A stretch of 64,000 nt of DNA, taken from NCBI RefSeq assembly GCF_020745735.1, contig NC_083401.1, positions 167,266,018 to 167,330,017 of the forward strand, written 5' to 3'. How positions within the stretch are numbered: the stretch's first letter is position 1; each line of letters begins with the position of its first letter. This DNA is from Hemiscyllium ocellatum. Lineage: Eukaryota. Under the pieces are notes generated by a model. That model did no database searches. It saw only the letters and a program-made list of their open reading frames with translations, and had not been told where the DNA came from. Both the position numbers and the translations under genes were made by a program. Of this stretch, positions 49,055 through 62,422 are shown piece after piece.

Positions 49055-50913
49055 AGACATTGTCTCAGACTGCTCCTGCCCCACCGAACTCATCTCTGCA
49101 TACCTCGACACTGTCCTGTCCCCTTTAGTCCAAGAACTCCCTACCTACATTCGGGACACCACCCACTCCCTCCACCTCCTTCATGATTTTCGCTTCCCCA
49201 GCCCCCAACGCCTTATCTTCACCATGGACATCCAATCCTTATACACTTCCATCCACCATCACAAAGGCCTCCAAGCCCTCCACTTCTTCCTCTCCCGCCG
49301 ACCCAACTAGTACCCTTCCACTGACACTCTCCTTCGACTGACTGAACTAGTCCTCACTCTTAACAATTTCTCCTTCCAATCCTCCCACTTCCTCCAAACC
49401 AAAGGAGTAGCCATGGGCACCCGCATGGATCCCAGCTATGCCTGCCTGTTCATCGGATATGTGGAATAGTCCATCTCCAGCAGCTACACCAGCACCATCC
49501 CCCACCTTTTCCTCCTCTACATCAATGATTGTATTGGCACTAGCTCGTGCTCTCATGAGGAGGTTGAACAGTTCATGCACTTTAGTAACACCTTCCAACC
49601 CAACCTTAAATTTACCTGGACCGTCTCAGATTCCTCCCTCCCCTTCCTAGACCTCTCCATTTTTATCTCGGGTGACTGACTCAACACAGACATTTACTAC
49701 AAACCGACCAACTTCTAGATTACACTTCGTCCCACCCTGCCCCCTGTAAAAACGCCATCCCATAATCCCAATTCCTTCGCCTCCACCGCATCTGCTCCCA
49801 GGAGGACCAAGTCCACTACCGAACAGCCCAAATGGCCTCCTGCTTCAAAGACCACAATTTCTCCTCCGATGTGGTCAACGATGCTCTCCACCGCATCTCC
49901 TCCACTTCCCGCACCTCCACCTTTGAACCCCATCCCTCCAACCGCCACCAGGACAGAACCCCTCTGGTCCTCACCTACCACCCCACCAACCTCCAGATAC
50001 ATCGTATCATCCGCCATCATTTCCGCCACCTCCAAACAGACCCCACCACCACGAATATATTTCCCTCTCCACCCCTATCAGCGTTCTGCAGAGACCACAC
50101 CCTCCGCGACTCCCTCGTCAGGTCCACACCTCCCACCAACCCAACCTTCAGTCCTGGCACCTTCCCCTGCAACCGCACGAAGTGCAAAACTTGCGCCCAC
50201 ACCTCCCCCCTCACCTCTCTCCAAGGCCCCAATAGATCCTTCCATATCTGTTGCAAATTCACCTGCACCTCCACACACATCATTTACTGCATTTGCTGCA
50301 CCTGATGTGGTCTCCTCTACATTGGGGAGACAGGCTGCCTACTTGCAGAACGTTTCAAGAAACACCTCTGGGACGCCCGGACCAACCAACCCAACTGCCC
50401 CGTGGCTGAACACTTTAACTCCCCCTCCCACTCCGCCAAGGACATGCAGGTCCTTGGCCTCCTCCATCACCAGACCCTGGCCACACAATGCCTGGAGGAA
50501 GAGCGCCTCATCCTTCGCCTAGGAACCCTCCAACCACACGGGTTGAATGTAGATTTCTCCAGCTTCCTCATTTCCCCTCCCCTCACCTTAGCCCAGACCC
50601 AGCCCCCGGATTCAACACCGCCCTCTTGACCTACAATCTTCTTCCCCACCTCTCTGCCCCCACCCCCTCTCAGGCCTATCACCTTCACCCTCACCTCCTG
50701 CCACCTATCGTATTCCCAGCAGCCCTCCCCCAAACTCCCTGCCCCCCTACCCTTTATCTCAGCCTGCTTGGCACACCAGCCTCAGTCCTGAAGAACGGGT
50801 TAAGCTCAAAACGTCGATTCTCCTGCTCCTCGGATGCTGCCTGACCTGCTGCGCTTTTCCAGCATCACACTTTTCAACTCTGGTCTCCAGCATCTGCAGT
50901 CCTCACTTTCTCC
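49055..50913 (+). mobile_element. Family-1 Penelope-like element, 5'-truncated (RT, GIY-YIG, terminal repeat)
   Basis: FTMDIQSLYTSI, GVAMGTRM, YINDCIG (RT) and IIYCICCT*CGLLYIGETG (GIY-YIG). Decayed hammerhead at 50784-50819 and terminus CATCTGCAGTCCTCACTTTCTCC. Confidence 0.92.
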
Positions 50914-52699
50914 TGCATGTTTCTCAACACCATTCTCCTGTCTTCTTCCTGCAATCATTGATCCAATTTATTAATCAAGACCTTATCTATCTATCTCTCT
51001 TAAAGACACTTCTATCTCTGTTCCTGTTTGTCCGCACGTTCGTATGTATGTGCGTTTGTCCATGAGTTTGTCTGTCTGGATATTTGTGTGTCTACATCTG
51101 TCCGTCTGTGTATCAGCCTGCGTTTTCCTTTCTGTGTTTGTATTTATTTATGTATGACTGTATATGTTCCCTGTACCTCTGCATATGCGTGCTGACATAT
51201 TGTGTCTACATCTCGATGCAAGAAGGTTTGTGTTGTTTTGGGAGTAAGAGGACTGGTGTTGGACTAACAGTGGGTTTAAAGTGATAATTGCCCTTTACTG
51301 AACATTGTTCCTGACTCAGTCGGTGCTTCAGAATGTCTGCATGGTTAATGCCAGAACTCTGCCCACATGGCGGGGGGATGGAGGGGGAGAGCTGAGGGAA
51401 CAGATTTCGGGCACTCCACCACATGGCTTGGCTCTTAGTCCTATTCAGACTCTTTCTTCTGAAAAGAGAGAAAAGGAGGGAGGGACTGAGGGTGGGAGTG
51501 GGTGATCCTGCTGTTAGTGCTGATGGAGGTGGGGGTGGAGGGGATATGGTGAGGTGTCCGGAGGAAGTCTGTTGACAGTGTTGAATCCATGCAGTGTTAT
51601 TAGTGCAGTGGTATTGTATAGGTGACAGAGAGGGTGAAGAAGGGAAGATGCTGTGAGAGTGGTACAGCATAAGCCTTGTTCGAGGGTTGAGCCTGAACCT
51701 TGTTCGGGGGTAGGTATTATGACAGATATAGAGTGAGTATGAGCAGAGACAATGCGGTGACAGTTAACCTGCCAGGGCCAAGAAGGTTTTTGAAGATTGT
51801 CCTTTTCTGCTAGACATTTATTCAGATTACCTCACCATCGAGGTGAGCCTCCCCGACTGTCTTGTCCAAGTCTATCACTAATAACGCCACAGACCATGTC
51901 CCTCAGATACAACAGAATCACTTTGAGTGCAGCTTACAAATAGAAAGGAGGAGCAAACACTTGTGCATTATATATCTAAATCAAAACTGTTGTGCAAATT
52001 TTGTGTACTTGATATTCTGGAAATTAGATATGCAAGTTCCGTGCATGCTGCAGTAATAATTGGTAATCTGAAGTTGCATCCAAATTGTGTTAACCAAGTG
52101 ACTGCTAACGCAGTGAAAATAAATGCAATAACTGTAAATGAGGTAGTTTGAACAGTGTGTGTAGAAAGCTAAGGACCAGGTTATTTCGGATTTCGTGTTA
52201 TGTGGTCAGAAGAGCTCATTAGTAACCTTGCTTTGAAGCAGCTTTTGAAAATTAGTGACAACAATATACTGTATTTTACATGGCGTCAGCATGCAACATA
52301 GAATTCTTGAACATTACAGGCAAACATTATGGAAGAGCAGAGACTTGAGGGTCATGTTGGCTACAATGCATTGGGAAAGTACAATATAAAATTTAGTCTT
52401 CGACAAGCAATGGTTGTAACTTCTAGAAATACTGCAAAATCTGGAAAATACGTACATTTCACTAAGGTACAAACACCGAAGCAAGGGAAGGTGACTTTAC
52501 AATAGCTCACATAGGAAATTAAAGTTTGCATTAACTCAAAGGTATAGGCTTCAGAAGAATTTTAGATGTTGTAGAAACCTGAAAATTCTGAGACATGTAC
52601 ACTCCAGAAAATGAGGGCCATGAAGCAAACAGAAAACCCAAAGTCTATCTAAATCTATGATCTATATTTCAAAGAAAACAAAATAAAAGCAAGATCAAA

Positions 52700-55600
52700 T
52701 GTGGAAATTTGTACTGTGGATAGGAGAATTTATTGTGGAGAATAGGGAAATAGCAAAGGAACTAACTGATTGCTTTCCATCAGTCTTCATAGAGGAAGAT
52801 CCAGAAAATATCCACAAAATATCAAGTGATCATATGGGACTTGTGGAACTGAAGTCAGAAAGTGAATTAATATGAGTAACAAGATAGTACTTGAAAATGT
52901 AGGTGGATTGAGCAAAGGCAAGTCTGACGGACCAGATGTACTTCATATCGAAATGTCAGCAATAGACATGTTGATTACACGTTCATTGACTGTGTTTTAT
53001 TTGCTGTACATTCTGCAAAGGCCAGATCCATTTGCACAGGGACAAAGAGACAACGTGGAGACCTCCAGACCAATTAACTTGACATCTGTAGGGAAACTAT
53101 TGGAATCTATTACACAGTATGTGATGTTGGATATTTAAAAAATTAACAGCAACATTGGTGAGAATCAGTGTGCATTTCTAAAAGAGAAAACACTCTTGAC
53201 AATCTTTGGAATTGTTTGAAGTTGTTCCTTGCAGAAAGACAATGGAGAAGTAGTATGTTTAGATTTTCAGAAGGCATTCTATAAGAACTTACATATTGAG
53301 GTCGTAACACAACTGATGCGAAGGATATTTGGAAGAATACATGTAAGTGGAAAGTTTAAGTTAGGTTGGACTTCATATAAAGAAATTGGAACATAGATAT
53401 AAATACATCATGGAGCGGTTTTCATAGACTTTTGGTGAAAGTGCACCTGAAGTAGTATGAACAGTTCTGATGCCCAAATCTAAGAAATAGTACGCTGATC
53501 AAAGAGGAAGTGCAATGGACATTCTGAAGAATAATCCATTAGATGGCAAAAAAAAATGTATGATGAGACATGTCCTATTATTCTCTGCAGTTTCAAAGAA
53601 GGAGAGGTGATTGCAGTGAAATTTAGAAAATTCACAAAACATACGACAAAGTGAAAATAAATGAAATGTTTCTCTGGCTGCCTGCCCCACATTTAAGTCA
53701 AATAATGACAGGATAAGAGACAAATCAGTAAGACTGCAATATGGAGGAAATTCTTCCATTACAAGTGATTGACGAACACAGAGCCATGGAAAACTGTCAA
53801 GATTAGGGAAAATCCCTAGAAATTCTCTGGTATTCAAGTGAAACAGAATAACCAGGGAACAGGTTGGACCCATTAAAACTTTCCAAGTTGCATCCAAACT
53901 CAATTTTGTGACAGGAGACAGAGGATGGTGGTAGACAACTGTTTGTGTGACTGGAGATCAGCGTCCAGTGGTATATCACTGGGATCAGTGCTGTGTCCCT
54001 TTTTATTTGTGGTATTCATAAATGATGTAAATGTGAATGTAGATGTAGATGGTTGGGTGGTGTGTGATAAGTAAGTTTGTGTTTGAGGTAAAGATTGGGT
54101 AGTGGTTTACATTGAGGAGATATATCTTATGTTACAGGAAGCTGCAGATGGAATCGTTAGATGGGCAGATCACTGGCAGATAGAATTGAAACCTGATAAA
54201 TGCGAGGTGATATACTTTGGAAGAACAAACTACACAGGGGCATATCCAATGAATGGCATCACACTGGGAAGCTCAGAGGGGGCTTCTCCACAGATCTCTC
54301 AATGTGACAGGACATATTAATAGATGTGTTCAGGACAACCGTTGGCATAGCCTTTATTCAGTGAAGTGTGCTCCCTAAGAGCATTTTAGCACTTTGGTTA
54401 GGCCAACATGGAACACTGTGTGCACTTCTGGGAGCCATTTGACAGGAAACATGCGACTGCACTGACGTTCGCTGAGGTGGAGCATATAGGTTATGAAGAG
54501 AGGCTAGATAAGTGTGAGTTATTTGCCCTGGAGCAGAGAATACTGAGTGGGTAAGTAATTCAGGTATATGATTACAAGGGCATGGATAGGATAAATAGAA
54601 AGCAGCCGTTCCTTTCAGTTGAAGAGTCAAGAACAAGGAAACACACATTTAAAGTGAAGAGTTTGAGGTTGAGACAGATTTTGCAGATTCTTTTAAACCA
54701 GATGACGTTGGCGGCTGGAATTACTTCCTGTGAAGTAGTTGTCACATGTAACCTCACAACCAAAAAGAAAATACTTGGACGAGCACTTGAACTGTCATAA
54801 TACTCACGGCTACTGGTTGTGTGGAGGGAAATGGGACAAATGTAGATTGTACTGTATTTCTGATGGTACAGAGTCTACGCTTCTGTGATTGTATGGTTGT
54901 AGAAGGTCAACCAATTAGCATTTTAAGATAGGAATTATTGGGCTTCTGAAAAGTACACTAACAAAGGCTCTAAGAATGAATTTTAATAGCTTCTATAAGT
55001 ATGTTAACAGGAAAGTTAAGAGAAAAAAAGTGCAGATTCCTTACAACTGGAATACAGAGAACTGAAAAAAGGGAAATGAAAGAACTATGAAGCAACAACT
55101 TCAGTTCTATCTTCACAAAAAAAGACATTTAAAAACAATTCCAGACAAAAGGAGAAACCTAAGTCTGGTGAAAAAAGGAAATAAAATGAAACTAGTAAAT
55201 AACCCAGTCTGGAGAAATTATCGGAACTGGAAGTAAGGGCATAGACAAAGTCAACGTCGATTCTTGAAATGGAAATCATATTTGAGAAATTGACTGGTCG
55301 AGAAATTATGGAGAATCGTTGGATGCAATGCACTTGGGTTTTCGGAAAGATTTTTAAGAGAGTCCTAAGACTACTGTGCAAATTAATAGCAAATGAGATT
55401 GGGATAATATATGGACATGGTTTTATATTGAGAGAGCTGAGAGAGCAGGAATAAATGGATGCTTTTTGGAGTGGAAGGCTCGTGAGGTGTTGCAGAGATC
55501 GGTCCTTTTGTCCCAGCTGTTCACAACACAAATCAAAAATTTTGTTGATTGAATCAACTGAAATATTTTCAAGTCTTTTGATGGTACTAAACTGGGATTG

Positions 55601-57600
55601 TGAGTGCTGAGGAGGATGTGAATGGGTTCCAAGTTGAGTGAATGGGCAAATACATAGCAGCTAAAGAGCAATGTGGATAGATGTAACGATGTGCACTTTG
55701 ATGGAAACAAAAGAAAGGCAGCCTAATATTTGAAAAAGGACTGGTCAGAAATGGTTGTTCCATAAAGGGACCTACAATCCTTTAAAAAAATATTGCTTCT
55801 GCGCAGACCTCTGAGGTCCATGTTGGTGAGGGGTGGGGGGAGAGTGGGTGTGGGGGTGCAGTTCTGAAACCAGAAGTCAAAACTGGGAATGACATTGGCA
55901 CACTGACCAGTGCACAGAGACCCACCAAGTGGGTAGCTGTAACATTGAAAAAGACCTGGATCCTTTTGTACACCAGACACTGAAAGCAATATAGCAGGAG
56001 CAGAAAGCAGTTCAGAAGGTCAATGGTGTGTTGACCTTCATTTTCAGAGAATTTGAGTCCACGAATAAGGATGTCTTACTGCAGCTGTACAGGGCCTTGG
56101 TGAGAACCCATCTTGAACAATGTACAGTATTGTGTGCAGTTTTGATCTCCTTACCTAATAGAGGACAAACCTGACATTGAGGGAGTGCAGCGAAGAATAG
56201 CCAGACTGATCTCTGGGATGACAGGCTTGTTTGGGAGCAGAGTTTGGGGTGACTGGGCCTGTATTCCATGGGATTTATGAAAATGAATGGAGATTTCAGT
56301 GAAATATGTAAAACACTGACAGGGCAAGACAGATTGGAAGCAGGGATCATTATTCCCCTGGCTGGGACATCTAAAACAGAGACCCATGGTATTAGGTTCA
56401 GATAGGCCACTCTGCATTGAAATGAGAATAAATGTCTCCCACATAAGGCTCTGAAAGACAACACACTGAACATAAATTAGGATTTCTAGACACGAAAGGG
56501 ATGGGGAAAGAACAGGAGTATGGTGTGATTTTAGAGGATCAGCCTTTATTATATTGTATGTGCGAAAAAATTTGATGGACTCAAGTTTATATATTATAGT
56601 TTCCAATGACTAATCACATTAAGTGATATGTCCATTGTGTGAATAAAGTGCAAAGAGGAGATGTTCAGCCATAAACTAGAATGGGGGAGAGTCAGTGGTT
56701 TGAGTGACCTCCTCCTTTCCCAATGTTTCCGTGTAGTTAGTGGGAAAGCTCAGTAAAGCTTGTCAGAATATCTCAGATATTAGGAAGGAAACCTTTGAAG
56801 AGTCAACAGGACTGCATTCCCATTCCCTTTTCTAAGACTGAGGCTGGTGCTGGGTGTTGTGTCATTTGTTTTCCTTAAGACATCGGAGCAGTTTGAAAAT
56901 CGTGTGTCTTGCTTGGCTGATTCTGAGACCACTGAAGAATTTATCACATGTCTGTACATCTGGAGTCACTTTTAGGCCAGACCAGGAAGGTACCATAGAT
57001 TTGCTTCCTGGAAGTACATTGGAGAAGCAAAATAATGTTTACAATACTGCTGGATTCAAGGTGACTACTAATGACACCATATTTTAGATTTCAATATTTT
57101 ATTAATTGTTTTACCTTCCCCCAGCTGCCAGAGCATTAACCTCACTGGATGAGTCATCCAGTAACATTTCTAAAACAAAATGATCTGCACAACATGCAGC
57201 TGACACTAAAATAAGTGCTAATGTGGACAGTAAGGAAGGTTATCAGAATTGCAGCAGTTCCTTTATCATCTGTGGAAGTGGGCCAGAAAATGGCAAGTGG
57301 CATTTAAATTAGATAAGTGTGAGGTCCTGCATTTTGGAAATTCAAGTTAAGGTGAGAGTTTCATGGTGAATGGTAGTGCAAATTCGTGGTTCTCTGAATA
57401 ACAGTGAAGAAACTTGTGAATAAGGCTTTTGTCCCACTGGCATTTGTCGTCAAAGCATTGAGTATAGAAGTTTGGAAGTCACGTTGCAGTTGTACAGGAC
57501 ACTGGTGAGACAGCACTTGAGTATTGTGTCCAGTTTTGATCACCTTGCTATAGGAAGGATGTTATTAAACTCGAAAAAGTGCAGAATAAATTTGCAGTGA
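52700..57600 (+). mobile_element. Cluster of old CR1 fragments with interspersed SINE remnants
   Basis: Several degenerate CR1 RT/3' pieces (RPINLTSVGKLLESI; WADHWQIELKPDKCEV; YRALVRTHLE) and a DeuSINE-like remnant near 56890-57060. Internal boundaries are not resolved. Confidence 0.6.
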
Positions 57601-58339
57601 TATATTTTTAAAATTAATTTGTGAGACTTGGACATCACTGGTTGGTTAACATCGATAGTCGACCCCTATTTGCCCTTGAGAAAGTAGTGGTGAGCTGCTT
57701 TTTTGAATCTCTGCTGTCCACATTCTGTGGGTTGGCACACTACACCGGTAGGAAAGTGTTTCCAGGATTGTGACCCAACGACTGTGAAGCAATGGCAATA
57801 TATTTCCAAGTCAGGGTGGTGAGTGGCTTGGAGGGGAACTTGCAGCTGGTTGTGTTTCCATGTACATGCTACTTTTGTTATTCCAGGTACAACTGATCAT
57901 GTATTTGGAAGGGGCTGTCTCAGGATCTTCGGTGAATTTTTGCGGGGCATCTTGCAGATAGTACACACTACCGCTACTGAGCACCGGTATTTGTAGATTG
58001 GTGCCAATCAAGTGCAATACTTTGTCCTGGATGGTGTCAAACTTCTTGAGTGCTGTTGGAGCTGCACCCATCCAGGCAAGTGGGTAGTATTCCATCGCAC
58101 TCCTGACTTGTGCCTTGTAGATGGTGGTTAGACTTTGGGAGTCAGCAGATGAGTTACTCATCGCAGTATCCTGACTTTCTGTCCTGTCTTGTCACCACTG
58201 TGTTTATGTGGTGATTGCAGTTGAGTTTCTGGTCAATGTGAACCCTAAGGGTGTTTGAAAGTGGCCGATACAGGTATGGTAATACCGTTGACAGTCAAGA
58301 GGCGGTGGTTAGAGTGTCTCTTACTGGTGATGGACTCAG

Positions 58340-58785
58340 CAGTCTGAGTTATAGGGAGAGTTTGGACAAGTCAGGACCATTTTCTTTAGGCATAGGAGAC
58401 TGAGGGGGGACATTATAGAGGTGTATAAGATCATGAGGCATGGATGTGATGAATACTCTGTCTTTTTTCCCAAAGTTTGGGAATCGAGGACTCGAGGATA
58501 TGCATTTAAGGTTAGAGGGGAAAAAATAAAAGTGAACCTGAAGGGTAACTTTTTTACACAGAGGATGGTGAACATATGAAATGAGCTGCAAGGAAGTGGT
58601 TGAGGCGGGTACAATGAAAACATTTAAAAGACACTTGATAAATGCATGCGTCAGAAAGGATTAGAAGGATATGTGCCAAATACAGGGAAATTGTGTTAGC
58701 ATGGATGGACATTTTGGTCGGCATGGACCAGTCTGGGCCAAAGGGCCTGTCTCCATGCTATGGGACTCTATGACTCCATCTCCAT
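58340..58785 (+). mobile_element. CR1 3' end inserted into the older LINE
   Basis: RRLRGDIIEVYKIM remnant and CTATGACTC tail. Confidence 0.85.
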
Positions 58786-59764
58786 ATGTGGATCTATGGG
58801 AAATCACACTGAGCAGGTTATTTCTGTGCTGCTTGACAACTCTGTCAAAAAGAACTCTCACCAATTTGACTATCGTATTGCGACTGAGGGGGTGGCAATC
58901 GGTCACATTGTGATTATTCTCCTTTTATGAGACTGATCATAATTGAGCAATTGTACACATTCCCGGATAGACGTTAGAGTTGGCGCTGGAATGAAACAGC
59001 TTCCCTAGGGACAGGGCTTGTTGTGCAGCACCAGTCTTCAGTCCTATTACAGGAATGGTGTCAGGGCCCATTACCTTTGTCGTATCTACTGTGTACAGTT
59101 GTTTCTTCATGTCACGTGCAGCAAATCGAATTGGTTGAAGACTGGCATCTGTGAATCTCTGGGCATCATGGTGAGGGTGGGATGGATCATCCACTCAACA
59201 CTTCTGGCTGAGGATGGTAAAGATACTACATCCTTGTATTTTACACTGATGTACAGTGCTGCTCCATTATTGAGGATGAGGATATTTGTGGAGTCCTCTC
59301 CTCTAGTAAGTTGTTTAATAGTCCCCCACCATTTCTGATTGGATGTGGCAGGACTGCACTTGTTAGATCTCATCTGTTGGTCATGGAATAATTTTATTCT
59401 CTCTATCAGATGTTAGTCCTGCTGTTTGGAATGCAAGCAGAACAGTACAGTAGCTTGAATGGGTTGTCATCAGGTTTAGGTACACGTGGTTCTGACCCTG
59501 GCATGTTCGCCCACACCATCACTGAACCATCGATCAGCTTGACAGTAATGGTAGAGTTAGATATTATCCCCGGAAAAATGTTACAGCTTGTGTTTGAAAA
59601 CAGTTCTGCCGTTGCTGTTGCTGCTGTGTTCTACAGCACAACATTAATGTCAGGAATAACCTGTTCAAAGTTGGAGGAACTCAATCATTGAAAGTCCTTA
59701 AAGAGGATATTTGATCTGTAATTGACTTGAGAACAATGATGAATTGGTGATGAAAGAGGTGTTC

Positions 59765-60400
59765 CGAGTCATCAATTATGGAAACAGACCATTCATCCCA
59801 AGTCCTCCATGCTGACAATGTTTCTTAAACTGAACTAGTCCTATTTGCTGGCATTTGGCACGCACTCCTCGAAATCTTTCCTGTTCATGTACTCATCCAA
59901 TTGTCTTTTAAATGTTGTAACTGTACTCATCTCTACCACTTCTTCTTCCAGTTCGTTACGTATACACATTACCGTCTCTGTGAAATTTCTGACCCTCCGA
60001 TCAGATCCCTTTTAAATCTCTCGCCTCTCACTCTATGCCCTCTGGTTTTGGACACCTCTCGTCTGTAGATGAAAACTTGGCAATTCACCCTTTACATGCC
60101 CCTCCTGATTTTATAAATTTCTATAAGGTCACCCCTCAACCATCCTGTGCATCAAAGCAAAATATACCAGCTTATCCAGCCCATCCTTTTGTCTCAAAAC
60201 GTCCATACTTCATCACATCACTTTAAATATTTCTTCATTCTTTTCAATTTATAACATCCTTCCTGTAGCAACTCGCTAAGAATTGTACTCATTATTCCAA
60301 ATGGGACTTTACCATTGTCTCGTCCAATTGGAACAGGATGGCTCAATGCCAATTCTTAATGCTCTGTTTGATGAAGGAAGGCATGCCAAATGCATGTTCC
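59765..60400 (-). mobile_element. CR1 3' end inserted into the older LINE
   Basis: Degenerate CR1 3' UTR and RT C-terminus on the minus strand. Confidence 0.7.
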
Positions 60401-62244
60401 TGTTAGTGTGAAGGAGAATACGAGCAGGATTAGGAGCAGGACATGACAGGGGCTATTGAGGCTTTGGTCAAGTGAAAAGGAAGAGGGATATGTCAGGTAT
60501 AGGCAGCTGGGATCAAGGGAATCCCTTGAGGAGCATAAGGGGTGTAGGAGAACAATTATGAGGAAAATCGGGAGGGCAAAAAGGGGACATGAGAGATAGC
60601 TTTGGCCAATTATTGTTCTTTGACTATCCAGTTATGGAATTTCTCCATACTCTCGATAATTTGGTTTCGTGCCTATTTTGGAGACACTGAAATTTTAGTT
60701 AGAATGCATGTGTTCCCTTTATCGAAACCATTGATACAGGTTTCAATTGTTTGAGGACCTACCACTGATCACTGTGTCACTGCACTATAATTTCTTTTGA
60801 ACTGATAATGATTAATTTATCCTCTAATTTATCCCACTTCCAGTAAACAGTCCTCCGCATATTCCTGCGTGGCAGTTTTGAAAAGCTGAATGTTCTCTTC
60901 CATTTCTTGTGTAACAGGTATGAGGGATTAAAAGATCTTCTCCAGTTACTGAGTAACAGCCTCGAATGACTGAATGGCCTCATTCCGTACCTGTTCAAAA
61001 CTCTTGATGGACTGAATAGCCTGCTTCAGTATAGGTGTAGTTGTGAATGGTGCTAAACACTTTGGAACCATTAGTGAACAGCCCACTTCGGACATTATGA
61101 TGGAAGGAAGGCCATTGATGCTGCAGCTGCTAATAGCCCACAATGTCTCATGGATGCCCAGTTTCCATTTGCTTCGTCTTTTAGAAGTATGTCCTACTTC
61201 ACAGCAGGTAGCGCCACATAACACAGTGGGCATTAGCTTCAATATGAGGCTGAGACTTTCCCTCCGCCAGGACTGTGAGGAGAACAGTCGATGTTCATCA
61301 ACAGATGATTTCCTTGAACATCGTTGAGCTGTTACTATGAGAAACAAGGGTTCTGAAATCAATGTTGGCATTACCCTTTCTTGACTGTACCCAACAGTGC
61401 CACCACTACTGGTGGGTCTGTCCAGCTGGTGGGACAGGATATACTCAGGGATGATGATGATTCTTGAAACATTCCCAATCATGTTTGAAATCAAATGATC
61501 AAGGTATTGGCCTAATCATGTTGTTTTCATGTACAAAGTGCCAGCTGAGTAGAGTTTGAGGAGAGATTCCCACCATGAGGTTGAGTGAATCTCACCTAAC
61601 TCACCACATTATTTGGTGCTCCTCATAACGAGAATCATGTTGGGTCTCCCCCACTTCTTACTGAACACAATTACCAGAGCAATTCCCAGGTTCATCGGAG
61701 CTCCTGGAATTAACCAGCATCCCACGAATCAGTGCCATCTGTGAAAACCCACAATGCACTGGAACAAGCACAGTCTGTGTGGAGTGACCCTGTACAGCCC
61801 CTGATATCGACCCTGCCTGTTGCAAGCAGGGATATATTGCTGCCCTTTCCAAACCCGCATTGTGGGCATGGGTTCGGAGCTCCTCCTGGGTGGTGACGTT
61901 CAGAAGCAGGACTTACTCTTCCCCCAGGATCAGGAGTGGAGGCCATGCCTGCTCTGAATTTGGCCCCTACCCTCACAGCTCGGTTAGAGCAGTCTCTACA
62001 ACTGGGCTGAATGCACAGCATTGTAGAGAGCATATTGTCCTTTTCCACTCCACCAGCGTATGGGGTGACCCCAGGAGAATATCACCATTCCACTTGAGAT
62101 TAACAAACAAGCGGCAGCGAAATTATCTTAACATCAGGAAAGGAATCGCAAACCATCTTGCTGAATCTACCATTAATCTACCACCGCAGTCTTCAGCACT
62201 CAGATGATGCAAAAAACAGTTTGGCTCGAGCTAGAAATAGCAAA

Positions 62245-62373
62245 GGAGAAAGTGAGGACTGCAGATGCTGGACAACAGAGCTGAAAATGTGTTGCTGGAA
62301 AAGCACAGCAGGTCAGGCAGCATCCAAGGAACAGGAGATTCGACGTTTCGGGCATAAGCCCTTCTTCAGGAAT
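62245..62373 (-). mobile_element. Short family-1 Penelope 3'-terminal copy (129 bp)
   Basis: Terminus GGAGAAAGTGAGGACTGCAGATGC at 62245, near-identical to the 34311 copy. It ends at the hammerhead 5' edge. Confidence 0.9.
62338..62373 (-). ncRNA. Minimal type I hammerhead ribozyme motif (family 1, apparently intact)
   Basis: Minus strand ATTC CTGAAGA A GGGC TTAT GCCC GAA ACGT C GAAT: stem I ATTC/GAAT, stem II GGGC/GCCC, palindromic stem III ACGT, GUC site (cut between 62342 and 62341). Confidence 0.82.
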
Positions 62374-62422
62374 CCTAATCCTAACCCTAACCCTAACCCT
62401 AACCCTAACCCTTCCTAACCCT
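62374..62422 (-). repeat. Short interstitial telomeric repeat (TTAGGG)n
   Basis: + strand CCTAAT (CCTAAC)5 CCT T CCTAAC CCT. Confidence 0.95.

Larger units (their letters stand above)
57605..61560 (-). mobile_element. Old CR1/L2-group LINE of a second family, interrupted by younger CR1 insertions
   Basis: Colinear minus-strand remnants: EN (HQLDRPTSSGGTV), KWWGTIKQLT, DTTKVMGPDTIP...LGKLF, IYKAQVRSAMEY...LAWMGAAPT, then a 3' UTR. Confidence 0.7.
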
